64,000 nucleotides of DNA from an uncultured Flavobacteriaceae bacterium (GTDB lineage: Bacteria; Bacteroidota; Bacteroidia; Flavobacteriales; Flavobacteriaceae), in contig CAYXAZ010000001.1 of the NCBI GenBank assembly GCA_964463085.1, forward strand, positions 21,906 to 85,905, written 5' to 3'. The notes under the pieces are model-generated. The model worked only from the letters and a program-made list of their open reading frames with translations. It searched no databases and was not told where the DNA came from. The position numbers and the translations under genes were made by a program. Positions 1-9,910 of this stretch are shown one piece after another (the stretch's first letter is position 1; every line of letters begins with the position of its first letter).

Positions 1-104
1 AATAGACAGATAAAGAATAGTTCCTAAGATTACCTTCAATACCTGTCTATAAACTAACTCAAATAATTTATTCTTCTTTTACACAACAACCTTCCTTTCT
101 TAAA

Positions 105-1877
105 CTAATTCAAACCTTTTATTTGAATATTGTCAATTAAAACAACTTCACTATTAAAGTTTGTATCTACTTCAATTACTAATTGTACTGATGAGTTTCC
201 TGATAAGTCTAATGTTAATGGAGTCCACATTCCTAAACCGCTATAGGTATCAAGATCATTTGGCATTCCTGCATTAGTTTCGTTTGCTTCCAAATCAACA
301 ACAGATAATACGGTACCACCATCAACAATTGCAGTAATTCTTACTCTATCCGGTGCCTGAGATGTAAATTCATAACCTGTATTTCTAATGAACATGTCCA
401 AAGATAAAGTAACTTGCGTATAACCTGTTATATCTACTGAATCAAAGGTTACTTCTATTATTCCGTCTGTATCTGCAAATCCATACCCTTGAACACCGTC
501 GGTAAATGATGTGTCTGGAGATGAGGTTAATACACCTATTGGTTCATCAGCCAATCCATTTGGAGTATTAAATACTCTGGTACTTATAAATGTCGCATCA
601 AAACCTAATTCGCCACCAGTAGAAACATAATCTACAGGAGCATCTCCGGGGTTATTGACTAAATCATGAGTTATATCTTGAGTTATTAAATCAGTATATC
701 CTGTTCCTCCAGTAGGTTCTTCAAAACTTGTATAAGCAATAGTTACTGAAGGGTCTTCACCTGTTCCTGTAACTGTGAGATTTACTGAAGGTGCTCCTGT
801 TGAGTTATGGGTAATAGCTTCTGAAATAACCCCAATTAATGTTGGAACAAATCGAACATAGATGTTGGTTGGATTTCCTTCTATTTCCGTATAATTTAGA
901 GTAGCAGATGAAGTAAATGATATCGTATCTGTTGATACCTCAAAATTGGCTGGAACAGTAATGACTACATCCTCACTCAAAGCATGACCTTCAACCGTAT
1001 AACTTTGACGTGCAGATTGTTGACCTGGTGGTACACCGCCAAAATCAGTAAGAGATTCATCGATAATAATAGCTGGAATAGGAACAATTATGATTCCTGA
1101 TACTGTTTGTGTTTTATCAGAAGCTCCTGTTGCAGAATGTACTATACTACCACTTGACACACCTAATGTAGCTGAACTAGATGGGGACATTCTCACATAA
1201 ATAGTAGTTTCACCATCTGTAAAAGCCGAAGCTGCTAATGATAGTGATGAAGAAAAAGCAGTGTTATTTGCAGATACTTCATAATTATCAGGCGCAGTAA
1301 CTACCAAGTTATCCGTTAAGGACACCACAGACACAGTATAACTTTGTGATGCAGATGGGAATCCTTGTTCTACATCTCCAAAATCTGTTAAATCATCAGT
1401 AATTAAAATAATTGGCTCATCAGTAATGTGTAGCGTGAAATCTTGTTGTGTTCCAACAAAGACGCCTCCTATTGCCGACAAAAGTCTGAATGCAATACTT
1501 TTAATATCGTCTTCTCCAACTACATTTACCGGAAAGACAGTAAAAGATAATTCGGTTGCACCAGCCGGCACATTCAATGTGAATTTTCCTGATGTAGCAT
1601 CCGGGTCTGTTGTAAAATCAGTTTCATAAACCAATCCGTTTAATGGTAATACTTCTATATCTACCGTTCCTGCTTCAACAGTTTTGGCTAAGAAAGCAAT
1701 ACTTATTTCAACTCCTTCAGAATTGTTCTCTTGTACAACTCCTTCATCAATTGCAAAGTTTAGCGCAACTCCGCGTTCTTCAAGAGTACTAAATTCATTT
1801 TTGCTATCACAAGCTAATACAAGAAGTAAAGATAGTATGCCTATGATTGAGTTGATATATTTTACTATTAATTTCAT
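105..1877 (-). CDS. Surface lipoprotein of the ECF-controlled SusC/D locus: Calx-beta-like domain, two Ig-like repeats and a conserved ~205-aa C-terminal domain
   Basis: Lipobox LLLVLA-C followed by DSKNE; internal repeat LTDFG.V....SA.QSYTV occurs twice; C-terminal domain (TSFEEP...IDNI) closely matches ORF 1902-2999. Confidence 0.8.
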   Translation of the reverse strand: MKLIVKYINSIIGILSLLLVLACDSKNEFSTLEERGVALNFAIDEGVVQENNSEGVEISIAFLAKTVEAGTVDIEVLPLNGLVYETDFTTDPDATSGKFTLNVPAGATELSFTVFPVNVVGEDDIKSIAFRLLSAIGGVFVGTQQDFTLHITDEPIILITDDLTDFGDVEQGFPSASQSYTVSVVSLTDNLVVTAPDNYEVSANNTAFSSSLSLAASAFTDGETTIYVRMSPSSSATLGVSSGSIVHSATGASDKTQTVSGIIIVPIPAIIIDESLTDFGGVPPGQQSARQSYTVEGHALSEDVVITVPANFEVSTDTISFTSSATLNYTEIEGNPTNIYVRFVPTLIGVISEAITHNSTGAPSVNLTVTGTGEDPSVTIAYTSFEEPTGGTGYTDLITQDITHDLVNNPGDAPVDYVSTGGELGFDATFISTRVFNTPNGLADEPIGVLTSSPDTSFTDGVQGYGFADTDGIIEVTFDSVDITGYTQVTLSLDMFIRNTGYEFTSQAPDRVRITAIVDGGTVLSVVDLEANETNAGMPNDLDTYSGLGMWTPLTLDLSGNSSVQLVIEVDTNFNSEVVLIDNIQIKGLN

Positions 1878-1901
1878 TGTAGTATAATTTAAATTACGTT
1901 T

Positions 1902-2999
1902 TTATAGACCTAAAAATCTAATATTATCAATAAGTATTAACTCTGAATTTACATTTACATCTACTTCAATAACTAATTGAGCTGTTGTAAAACCTGTTAA
2001 ATCCACCTTTTGTTCTGCCCAAACACCTTGAAAAGGATAATTATCCAATTCTTTATCAGGATTATCTGCTTCTAAGTCTAGTATATCTAATACTTCTCCT
2101 CCGTCTGCAATTACATAAATTTTAACTTTATCTGGTGCTTGGCTTGAAGTCTCGTAACTAGTAGCAGTTATAAACACATCTAACGAAACAAAAGATTCTG
2201 TAAAACCAGAAACATCAACAGTGTCAAATGTTACTCTTATGGTTCCATCATTATCAGCAAAACCATAGCCTTGATCTCCATCGGTAAATGGAAGGCCTGG
2301 AGACGGATTTAATACTCCTATTGGTTCATTAACTAATCCATTTGGTGTATTAAATACTCTAGTACTAATAAATATAGCATCGAAACCTATTTCACCACCA
2401 GTAGAAACATAATCTACAGGTGATTCGCCCGGGTTATTTGTTAAATCGTGATCTATATCTTGGGTAACCGCATCATTATATCCTGTTCCACCAACAGGTT
2501 CTTCAAAACTTGTGCCTTTAATTAAGGTAAAATCATCTTCTTTTATAGTAAGCGTATATGTATTACCTGAACCTGTGTTAGGAAGCCCAACATTAAAATT
2601 ACCGGCAGATTCTAAGGTGTAAACCAGTGTTTTATCACCCTCAACCAAATCGTCATTTATCAATGTGGCAAGTTCAATATCTACAAAATGCTCTCCAGCT
2701 AAAATAACTGCATTACCAAAACCAGCTGGTAAGGTGTAATCAACTCCATCTACTGCTCCGTCTGGTGATGAAACAGAATAAGTAATGGGTACATCAGTAT
2801 TTTGAGTATCTGCAGAAAGAGAAACTTTTGCAGTAATTATTCCTACAGTATTTTCGACAGCACTTATATTTACATCAGCAAAAGATACCCAATATAAAGA
2901 ACTGTCTAACTCTTTTGATTCTATATCATCATTTTCACAAGAAGTTGCAAGTATTACAAAACAAATTATTAAAAATGATATGAAGTTTATTTTTTTCAT
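1902..2999 (-). CDS. Surface lipoprotein: Calx-beta/Ig-like domain plus the same C-terminal domain as 105-1877
   Basis: Lipobox ILATS-C followed by acidic ENDDIES; INDDLVEGDKTLVYTL is Calx-beta-like; directly downstream of SusD. Confidence 0.8.
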   Translation of the reverse strand: MKKINFISFLIICFVILATSCENDDIESKELDSSLYWVSFADVNISAVENTVGIITAKVSLSADTQNTDVPITYSVSSPDGAVDGVDYTLPAGFGNAVILAGEHFVDIELATLINDDLVEGDKTLVYTLESAGNFNVGLPNTGSGNTYTLTIKEDDFTLIKGTSFEEPVGGTGYNDAVTQDIDHDLTNNPGESPVDYVSTGGEIGFDAIFISTRVFNTPNGLVNEPIGVLNPSPGLPFTDGDQGYGFADNDGTIRVTFDTVDVSGFTESFVSLDVFITATSYETSSQAPDKVKIYVIADGGEVLDILDLEADNPDKELDNYPFQGVWAEQKVDLTGFTTAQLVIEVDVNVNSELILIDNIRFLGL

Positions 3000-3102
3000 G
3001 TGTTTATATTATTTTATGAAATCGGTCATCCCGATAGCTATCGGGACTGTTCGCTATTAGTCATTCCCTTAGGTGTGAAAAATAGTAACATGCTCGTTTC
3101 AT
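3000..3102 (-). repeat. Start-codon-adjacent element, copy 1, containing an 18-bp palindrome at 3029-3046
   Basis: Matches 4583-4692, 16545-16632 and 52327-52430; 14-bp direct repeat tttcatgtgtttat at 2994-3007 and 3097-3110. Confidence 0.85.
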
Positions 3103-3130
3103 GTGTTTATGTTTATTGTTTTTTTAACTT

Positions 3131-4582
3131 TTAATATCCTGTATTTTGAATCATATTAGGGTTTACATCTATTTCCTGCTGTGGAATTGGATATGCATAT
3201 AAATTACCTCCGTAGGTAACCGTACAATTATTTAAAAGTGAACAGTCATTTCTAACGATATCTAACTGTAATCTTTTTATATCAAAAAATCGATGTCCTT
3301 CAAATGCTAATTCTCTTCTTCTCTCATCTAGAATATCATTCATTAACTGCAATCCTGATGATGTTATTTCCGGTGCATTGGCTCTTTCAGTTATCTTGTT
3401 AATTGCAACTCTTGCCTCACCAGGTTCGTTTAGACCGACATGTGACTCTGCTTTGACCAAATACATTTCAGTTAACCTAACAACAGGGAGTGTAAAGTTT
3501 AGTAATGCTCCATCATTGTCAGGGTATTTATTTACGAAATTTTGCCCTCCTATATCTATAATCCAATTCTTTCTAACATCATTTCCTGTGTACATATTTA
3601 CGATATCAAAGTTAGGGCCTCCTTCACCCCGACCACCCGGTTGAGGTTTAAACAAACCTGATAAACTTGATATTCCTGCCCACAGACCATCTAAGTTGTC
3701 AAATTCAAGCTCAAAAATAGATTCTGAACTGGGTGTTCTGCTTGACCAAGAATCTATCTGTGATAGATCCAATACACCACCATCAAAAATCTTATACGGT
3801 GCTAATGTAAATCCTCCATTATCAATTACATCATTAGCATCTATCAACGCGTTAGCGTGGTCGCCCATATATAAATATACGCGGGCTCTTAATGCTTTTG
3901 CTGCCCAAGCTGATCCAAAATTAGGGGCATCTGCTGATGCTCTACTATTTCCATTACTCATTAAGTTAATTGCATCATCTAGATCAACTAAAATAAATTG
4001 ATAATTTTCTGCAACAGTATTTCTTGGAGGCTCTAATGTAATATCGGTAATCGTTACATAAGGTATTCCTAAATGACCAGCGTCAGTAGTAAATTTATAA
4101 TCTTGCGCATACAGTTTTAAAAGATCATGATGCGCTAAAGCTCTAATAAACAAAGCTTCTCCTTTAATTCTATTCTTCTCAGCCTCAGAACCATCAACAG
4201 CATCAACATTATTAATAACATTGTTAGCACGAGCAATAACATCATATATTTGTGCCCAAGTAGAAGAAACAGCATTGTCTGTTGAAATATAAGTCATTTG
4301 ATAAAATGGTTCAAATTTTAAAAATGAACCTGCACCACCGGGAACGATAGAATTATCAGAAGTCATGTGTGCAAATCCAGGCAAGTTTCTACCATAATAG
4401 CTTCTACTTTGCATACCGGCATAAGAACCCGTTAAGGCTATATCTAAACCGGAAATACTATTTAGAGCATCTTCCACTGCAAGTTCATCGTGCGGTTTCA
4501 AATCTAACTCACCTTCACATCCCGAAATCAATAACGAAGTTATCGATATCAATACTAAAAATATTTTATTAACTTTTTTCAT
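3131..4582 (-). CDS. RagB/SusD family outer-membrane lipoprotein (start moved to ATG at 4582)
   Basis: Signal peptide II LLISG-C; motifs GEALFIRALAH, VRLTEMYL..AE and ERRRELAFEGHRFFDIKR; downstream of SusC. Confidence 0.95.
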   Translation of the reverse strand: MKKVNKIFLVLISITSLLISGCEGELDLKPHDELAVEDALNSISGLDIALTGSYAGMQSRSYYGRNLPGFAHMTSDNSIVPGGAGSFLKFEPFYQMTYISTDNAVSSTWAQIYDVIARANNVINNVDAVDGSEAEKNRIKGEALFIRALAHHDLLKLYAQDYKFTTDAGHLGIPYVTITDITLEPPRNTVAENYQFILVDLDDAINLMSNGNSRASADAPNFGSAWAAKALRARVYLYMGDHANALIDANDVIDNGGFTLAPYKIFDGGVLDLSQIDSWSSRTPSSESIFELEFDNLDGLWAGISSLSGLFKPQPGGRGEGGPNFDIVNMYTGNDVRKNWIIDIGGQNFVNKYPDNDGALLNFTLPVVRLTEMYLVKAESHVGLNEPGEARVAINKITERANAPEITSSGLQLMNDILDERRRELAFEGHRFFDIKRLQLDIVRNDCSLLNNCTVTYGGNLYAYPIPQQEIDVNPNMIQNTGY

Positions 4583-4692
4583 GTGTTTATATTTATTATT
4601 TTTCAAAGGTTCCCGAGGCTTCGGGACTGTTCGCTATTCATCATTTCTTTGGATGATATCCCGAGACTTCGGGATTAGCATGCTCGTTTCAT
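4583..4692 (-). repeat. Start-codon-adjacent element, copy 2, containing two 16-bp palindromes (4611-4626, 4659-4674)
   Basis: Shares ctgttcgctatt..tcatt and agcatgctcgtttcat with the other copies; abuts the SusD ATG. Confidence 0.85.
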
Positions 4693-4715
4693 TTTATATC
4701 GCGTTTTTAATTTCT

Positions 4716-7700
4716 TTAAAATCCTAAATTTATACCTAAAGTAAAGGTTCTGGGAATTGGATATTCGCCTCTGGCACTTGAATTAGAGCCAACTTCAGGA
4801 TCTAGTTCCTTATATCTAGACCACGTTTTAACATTTTGACCTTGCACATATATCCTAAAATTGTTAATTCCGATCTTTTCTGTAATATCATTTGGAAGAT
4901 TATAGGCCAAGGTTATATTTCTTAGCTTGATAAATGATCCATCTTCTAAAAATCTTGTTGAGGGTTCCCCTCCGGTACCATTACCTGCAATATATCTTGG
5001 AACATCTGTTATGTCTCCCGGTTGCTGCCACCTGTCTAAAGCTTCAGCGGATTGGTTTCTAGGAAATCTTGAACCATCACTAACATAAGCTCTGGCTGAG
5101 TGCCTGAATATTTCATTCCCATAATTAAAGAAGAACATGGTTGATAATGTGAAGTTTTTGTAGGTAAAATCATTGGATAAACTGCCAAAAAAGTCAGGAT
5201 TAGGATTGCCCACAATTACTCTATCGGCATCACCGAAATTAGTTACTATATTATTGTCTGCATCATACCAAAGTGGTGCACCATTAGCAGGGTCTACTCC
5301 AGCCCATCTCGGCATATACCAAGAATAAATAGCTTCTCCTTCTTTTATAATCGTATTTGCCCTAAATGCGGTACTCCCTAAAGATCCAATTATTTCTATA
5401 TCATCGGGTAAATCTGTAACAACATTTTCATTAAATGAGATATTAAAATTGGTATTCCATTTAAAATTATCGGTTTCAATATTTTTTGTGCTTAATGAAA
5501 ATTCCCAGCCTGTGTTTTCCATTGCTCCTATATTTGATGGAACAGTATTGAAACCGGAAGTTAAACTGATAGGAAGATTAAGTAACATATCTGATACTTC
5601 TCTTTTATAATATTCTGCTGTTATTTGAATTCGATTATCAAACAATGCTAGATCTAAAGCAATGTCAAACTGCTTATTTCTTTCCCATCCTAAATCAGGA
5701 TTTCCTATTTCTGAAGGAAAACTTCCTGTATATGTACCTCCATTAGTATTATAGGTAGCTCCGTTAAAACCGTATAGTCTTCTCCAGTCATATTCTCCAA
5801 ATTTTTGATTACCTGATGTACCATAACTACCTCTCAATTTAAGGTTGCTAATTAATTTACTATCACTTAACCACTTGGCATTTGAAATAATATAGCCTCC
5901 TCCAACAGACCAAAATGTTCCGAATCGGGTATCGGTTCCAAAACGAGATTCACCATCTCTTCGTATACTTCCGTCTAAGAATAATGTGCTTTTATAGCTA
6001 TAATTCAATCTCCCGAATAATCCCCAGATGGCTGATTCAACAATATCTCCAGATGCTTCTAATATTTCCGGACCTGCATTTACTGCGTTAAGGTCATCAC
6101 TTGCAAAGCCAGTAACACGAATGCCAATAAATTCTTCTTTATGCTTTTGAAACTCATTACCTGCAAGCAATGTAAAGTCATGATCTTCGCCAACAGTAAG
6201 ATCATAAGTTAGTGTATTGGTCACAACATAATCAAAATTATTGGTTGAAAAGTCTCTTAATTCTGCCGGAGTTGGTGTACCGGTAGCTATAGCATTAAAA
6301 TATAATTGTGAAAATCGTTCTCTTTCACGAATATCAATATAATCTATACCGAAGCTATTATTGAATTTTAGGTTAGGTAGTATTTTATAATTGGCATACA
6401 GATTTGTAATGACTCTATTCGTTCTAGTTTCATTAAAATTCAGGTTTGCATACGCAATTGGGTGATTTCCGCTTGAGACTCCACTTGGGATATCAAAATT
6501 ATATCCGGTACCAAAATCTTCGCCATTAGCAATTTGTTCATCAGTAGCATATATTCTCATAGTTGGAGGCATAAAAAGCCCTCCGTATAGGGGTTCAGAT
6601 GTATTTGACTGTCCAAATCTACTATGTTGTATATTTCTTGTTAAACTCATTTTAACGCCTAAATCTAATTTTTTAGTAGCAGCATAATCAACATTGAATT
6701 TTGCAGATATTCTTTCAAAATCAGTGGTAATGGCTATCCCATCTTGATTCAAATAGCCTAAAGAAGCATAAAAATTAAGTTTTTCACTACCTCCGGAAAC
6801 AGAGAAATCTATTTTATTGGTTTTTGCTGTTCTTAAAACTTCATCTAACCAATCAATATCTGTAGCTGTTGAACTTAAAGGAAAATAATCTGAAGTCCCT
6901 GGAATGTCAGGGTTGCGCCCGGCATTGATAACACCTTCTCTCATCAATTCAACATATTCGCTAGCATTTAAGACTCTAAAATCGCTAAAATTTTCCCAAT
7001 CAGAAAAACCGGTTTGAGTATTTAAAATGAATCTTGCTTTGCCGGATTTTCCTTTTTTAGTGGTTATTATAACTACCCCATTGGCTCCTCTAGAACCATA
7101 AATAGAAGCCGAAGCAGCATCTTTTAAAATAGAAATAGATTCGATATCATTAGGGTTAATTGTTGATAGCGGATTATATGTTTGGGTAGTCCTATCTAAA
7201 TTTCCGGTATTTATAGGTACACCATCAATTACATATAAAGGACTTTCACCGGCTCCTATAGAACCTGTACCTCTAATTTTAATATCCATACCAGCTCCCG
7301 GTTGTCCATTATCCGGAGAAACAGCTACACCGGCTGACACCCCTTGTAATGCTTGATCAATACTAGTAGATAGCGTTTCATTAATCTCACTTGCACTTAC
7401 TGTAGAAACTGCCCCGGTTATTTTTTTCCTACTACTTGTTCCATAGGCAATAACAATAACTTCATCTAAGGAATCCGTAGCAGGATCAAGAAGTATATTA
7501 AGCTGTGATTGGTTGTCTACCTGAACTTCTTTTGTTGTATATCCCAGATACGAGACTACTAAAATAGCATTTGGTCCTGAAACTTTAATAGAAAAAATTC
7601 CATCAAAATCAGTAGTTACCCCGTTGGTTGTTCCTTTTTCGATAATATTGACACCGGGGAGCGGATTACCAAGTTCATCTTTTATTATTCCGTTTACCTC

Positions 7701-8072
7701 TTGTTGTTGAATAGTTTTAACTTTTTTAACAGGAACAGTTTTTACCTTAGTGATCAGCACATTTTTCCCCTCAATAAGATATCTGAATTTAGCTGTTTTT
7801 GATAAGTCATCTAAAATATGACTAAGTGATTGGGCATTATATACGGCTGTATATTTATTTTTGTTGTGGAGGATATACTCTCCGTAAGAAAAATTATAAC
7901 CTGTTTCATTTTTTAATTCTGAAAAAATTTGAATAAGCTCAACATCGGTCAGATTAATGCTTACTTTTGTTTTATCTGTGGTTTTTTGACTAATAAAACC
8001 ATAACTTATGTTAGTAACCAGTAAAATAGTTAGTAACAAAAAAAGTTTTAGTAAATAGTTTTTTAAATTCAT
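4716..8072 (-). CDS. SusC/RagA TonB-dependent transporter with N-terminal STN signalling extension
   Basis: Motifs GNPLPGVNIIEKGTTNG, PLYVIDGVP and DIESISILKDAASASIYGSRGANGVVIITTK; C-terminal F; extra N-terminal domain typical of ECF/FecR loci. Confidence 0.97.
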   Translation of the reverse strand: MNLKNYLLKLFLLLTILLVTNISYGFISQKTTDKTKVSINLTDVELIQIFSELKNETGYNFSYGEYILHNKNKYTAVYNAQSLSHILDDLSKTAKFRYLIEGKNVLITKVKTVPVKKVKTIQQQEVNGIIKDELGNPLPGVNIIEKGTTNGVTTDFDGIFSIKVSGPNAILVVSYLGYTTKEVQVDNQSQLNILLDPATDSLDEVIVIAYGTSSRKKITGAVSTVSASEINETLSTSIDQALQGVSAGVAVSPDNGQPGAGMDIKIRGTGSIGAGESPLYVIDGVPINTGNLDRTTQTYNPLSTINPNDIESISILKDAASASIYGSRGANGVVIITTKKGKSGKARFILNTQTGFSDWENFSDFRVLNASEYVELMREGVINAGRNPDIPGTSDYFPLSSTATDIDWLDEVLRTAKTNKIDFSVSGGSEKLNFYASLGYLNQDGIAITTDFERISAKFNVDYAATKKLDLGVKMSLTRNIQHSRFGQSNTSEPLYGGLFMPPTMRIYATDEQIANGEDFGTGYNFDIPSGVSSGNHPIAYANLNFNETRTNRVITNLYANYKILPNLKFNNSFGIDYIDIRERERFSQLYFNAIATGTPTPAELRDFSTNNFDYVVTNTLTYDLTVGEDHDFTLLAGNEFQKHKEEFIGIRVTGFASDDLNAVNAGPEILEASGDIVESAIWGLFGRLNYSYKSTLFLDGSIRRDGESRFGTDTRFGTFWSVGGGYIISNAKWLSDSKLISNLKLRGSYGTSGNQKFGEYDWRRLYGFNGATYNTNGGTYTGSFPSEIGNPDLGWERNKQFDIALDLALFDNRIQITAEYYKREVSDMLLNLPISLTSGFNTVPSNIGAMENTGWEFSLSTKNIETDNFKWNTNFNISFNENVVTDLPDDIEIIGSLGSTAFRANTIIKEGEAIYSWYMPRWAGVDPANGAPLWYDADNNIVTNFGDADRVIVGNPNPDFFGSLSNDFTYKNFTLSTMFFFNYGNEIFRHSARAYVSDGSRFPRNQSAEALDRWQQPGDITDVPRYIAGNGTGGEPSTRFLEDGSFIKLRNITLAYNLPNDITEKIGINNFRIYVQGQNVKTWSRYKELDPEVGSNSSARGEYPIPRTFTLGINLGF

Positions 8073-8123
8073 AATTTATAGGTGTTGTTTTTTTAGTTAC
8101 GATCAGCACTTAATTTGGGGATG

Positions 8124-8143
8124 GAGTCTGTTACAGCAGACTC
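8124..8143 (-). promoter_or_regulatory. Stem-loop between fecR and susC
   Basis: gagtctg / cagactc inverted repeat just after the FecR stop; on the - strand it is preceded, not followed, by the A/T run. Confidence 0.5.
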
Positions 8144-8152
8144 TTCCTTTTT

Positions 8153-9079
8153 TTAGTTTTTTAGTTCTACTTCTATCATATTGTTTCGTTTTTGAGTTAA
8201 TTCTACTTCGCTTATAAAATTTATTCTCTTTACAATTGAGACTAAACTATCATTTTTATCAATAGTAATTGACATTCGGTGTTGTTGAGCCTGAGTACTT
8301 GAAAAGTTAAAGTTTACCTGATATATAGATGTAAGAAAATCTGCCAATTCTTTCATTGAAACATTTTCAAGCACAGCAATATCCTTGAACCAACCAGTAT
8401 ATAAATTATGGCTTATATTTTTTGTTAGTAAGGATTTCGATTTTAAATGGTATACAGCTTGCTGATTGGGTTTTATATTTACTGAACTTTCCGAGTCAAA
8501 TACTTTTACTAATCCTGAAGCTACTGTTACCTTGGTTATAGAATCTATTTCTTCAATATTAAAAGAGGTTCCTAATACTTTCGTACTTAAATTTCCTGTT
8601 TTTACTATAAACGGTTTTTCAATATTCTTAACAACTTCAAAGAAGGCTTCACCATTAAGAGCTACATATCTATCTTTTTGGTTAAAGTCTTCTTTATATT
8701 TGATTTCACTTCCTTTATTGAGTATAATAACGCTCCCATCTTTGAGTTCAATTTTTTTCGTTTCATCTGAAGTATTGGTTACTATAATAAAATCTATATT
8801 ATTATCTTGGTAGTATAAAAAAGTATATCCCATCCCCAACAAAATAATAATTGAAGCCGCAACCTTCATCCAATTTCTTCTTTCAGTACGAATCCTTCTT
8901 TTAATCTTCGTAAAGATCTCTTTTTTAATCTGTCTCTTTTTAAGATCACTTTCAAAGGCTATACCCTGATTTTTAGTTATAAAGTGTTCTTCAAACTTTT
9001 TTAAAAGTTTTTTCTCTTCAGGAGTTGCTTTCCCTGAAAGGAACTTTTCCAACAAAACATAAAATTCTTTTTCTGTCAT
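8153..9079 (-). CDS. FecR-family anti-sigma factor
   Basis: N-terminal LLEKFLSGKATPEEKKLL, one TM helix, motifs L.DGSVIILNKGS, LNGEAFFEV and VLGTSFNI. Confidence 0.95.
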   Translation of the reverse strand: MTEKEFYVLLEKFLSGKATPEEKKLLKKFEEHFITKNQGIAFESDLKKRQIKKEIFTKIKRRIRTERRNWMKVAASIIILLGMGYTFLYYQDNNIDFIIVTNTSDETKKIELKDGSVIILNKGSEIKYKEDFNQKDRYVALNGEAFFEVVKNIEKPFIVKTGNLSTKVLGTSFNIEEIDSITKVTVASGLVKVFDSESSVNIKPNQQAVYHLKSKSLLTKNISHNLYTGWFKDIAVLENVSMKELADFLTSIYQVNFNFSSTQAQQHRMSITIDKNDSLVSIVKRINFISEVELTQKRNNMIEVELKN

Positions 9080-9204
9080 TTCTCTATTATTATTATCATT
9101 ATATACCTAGAAATGATAATCACACGTAAAAAAAAATTAGAAAAACATAAATTTTAACATATTAATCTATAGATACTGTAAAAGAAGTAGCGTTAAATTC
9201 AAAG

Positions 9205-9272
9205 TAGTTTAATCTATCAAATTCCCCGATGGCTTGCCTCTGGGATAGCTTAGTTTCAAGAAATTTTTTATT
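9205..9272. repeat. Hairpin repeat (CCCCGA-GGCT-TGCCTC-GGG family), solo copy
   Basis: Left flank tagtttaatc matches 45544-45553; right flank gatag..tttcaagaaattttttatt matches 45757-45784. Confidence 0.7.
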
Positions 9273-9325
9273 TGTAGAATGAAAAGTGGTTTGTCATAAG
9301 TAGAGAACTCATCTTGAGTTCAGAG

Positions 9326-9910
9326 TTAAAACATGAAGTTCAAAAAAAATAGCCATAAAAACAATGCAACTTTACTTTTAATTTGCTTAATGGCGTTTGA
9401 GATGTGTGTTTCTACCGTACGCCTGGAAATTCCTAATTGATCGGCGATTTCTATATTTTTCAAACCTTCAAAACGACTTAACTTAAATACCTGCCCACAT
9501 CTTTTGGGTAGTGCGTCAATTGTTTTGTGAATTAAATTATTGGCATCAAAAAAGTTTAAAGCATCATCAATATTGTTGGAAGTTGGTATTTGCTCTATAT
9601 ATTTTCGGTGATAATTTTTCATCTTTGAGTCTCTCAGCTCTTTATACACTCTGAACCTTACTGCTTTAAAAAGGTATGCTTCAATTTTATCATTTTCAAT
9701 TTTCTCTCTCCTCTCCCAAAAGCTAATCCATACTTCCTGAACCATATCTTTTGCAATATTTTTATCTTCAAGAATGGAAAATGCCAAAACATACATAGAG
9801 TCCCATAATCTATCAAATAATATTTCCAAGGCGCGTTCATCAGATTGTTTAATCCGATTCATTAAATCATGGTTGGTAATATTTTTGATAAACTTATTAT
9901 TCATACTCAT
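9326..9910 (-). CDS. ECF RNA polymerase sigma-70 factor (Bacteroidetes expansion family)
   Basis: Region 2 AKDMVQEVWISFW; region 4 LPKRCGQVFKLSRFEGLKNIEIADQLGISRRTVETHI; upstream of FecR. Confidence 0.95.
   Translation of the reverse strand: MSMNNKFIKNITNHDLMNRIKQSDERALEILFDRLWDSMYVLAFSILEDKNIAKDMVQEVWISFWERREKIENDKIEAYLFKAVRFRVYKELRDSKMKNYHRKYIEQIPTSNNIDDALNFFDANNLIHKTIDALPKRCGQVFKLSRFEGLKNIEIADQLGISRRTVETHISNAIKQIKSKVALFLWLFFLNFMF

Noticed and set aside
2-50. Inverted repeat atagacag/ctgtctat at the window start
   Set aside because: Only 8 bp with a long loop and truncated context; cannot be called a terminator.
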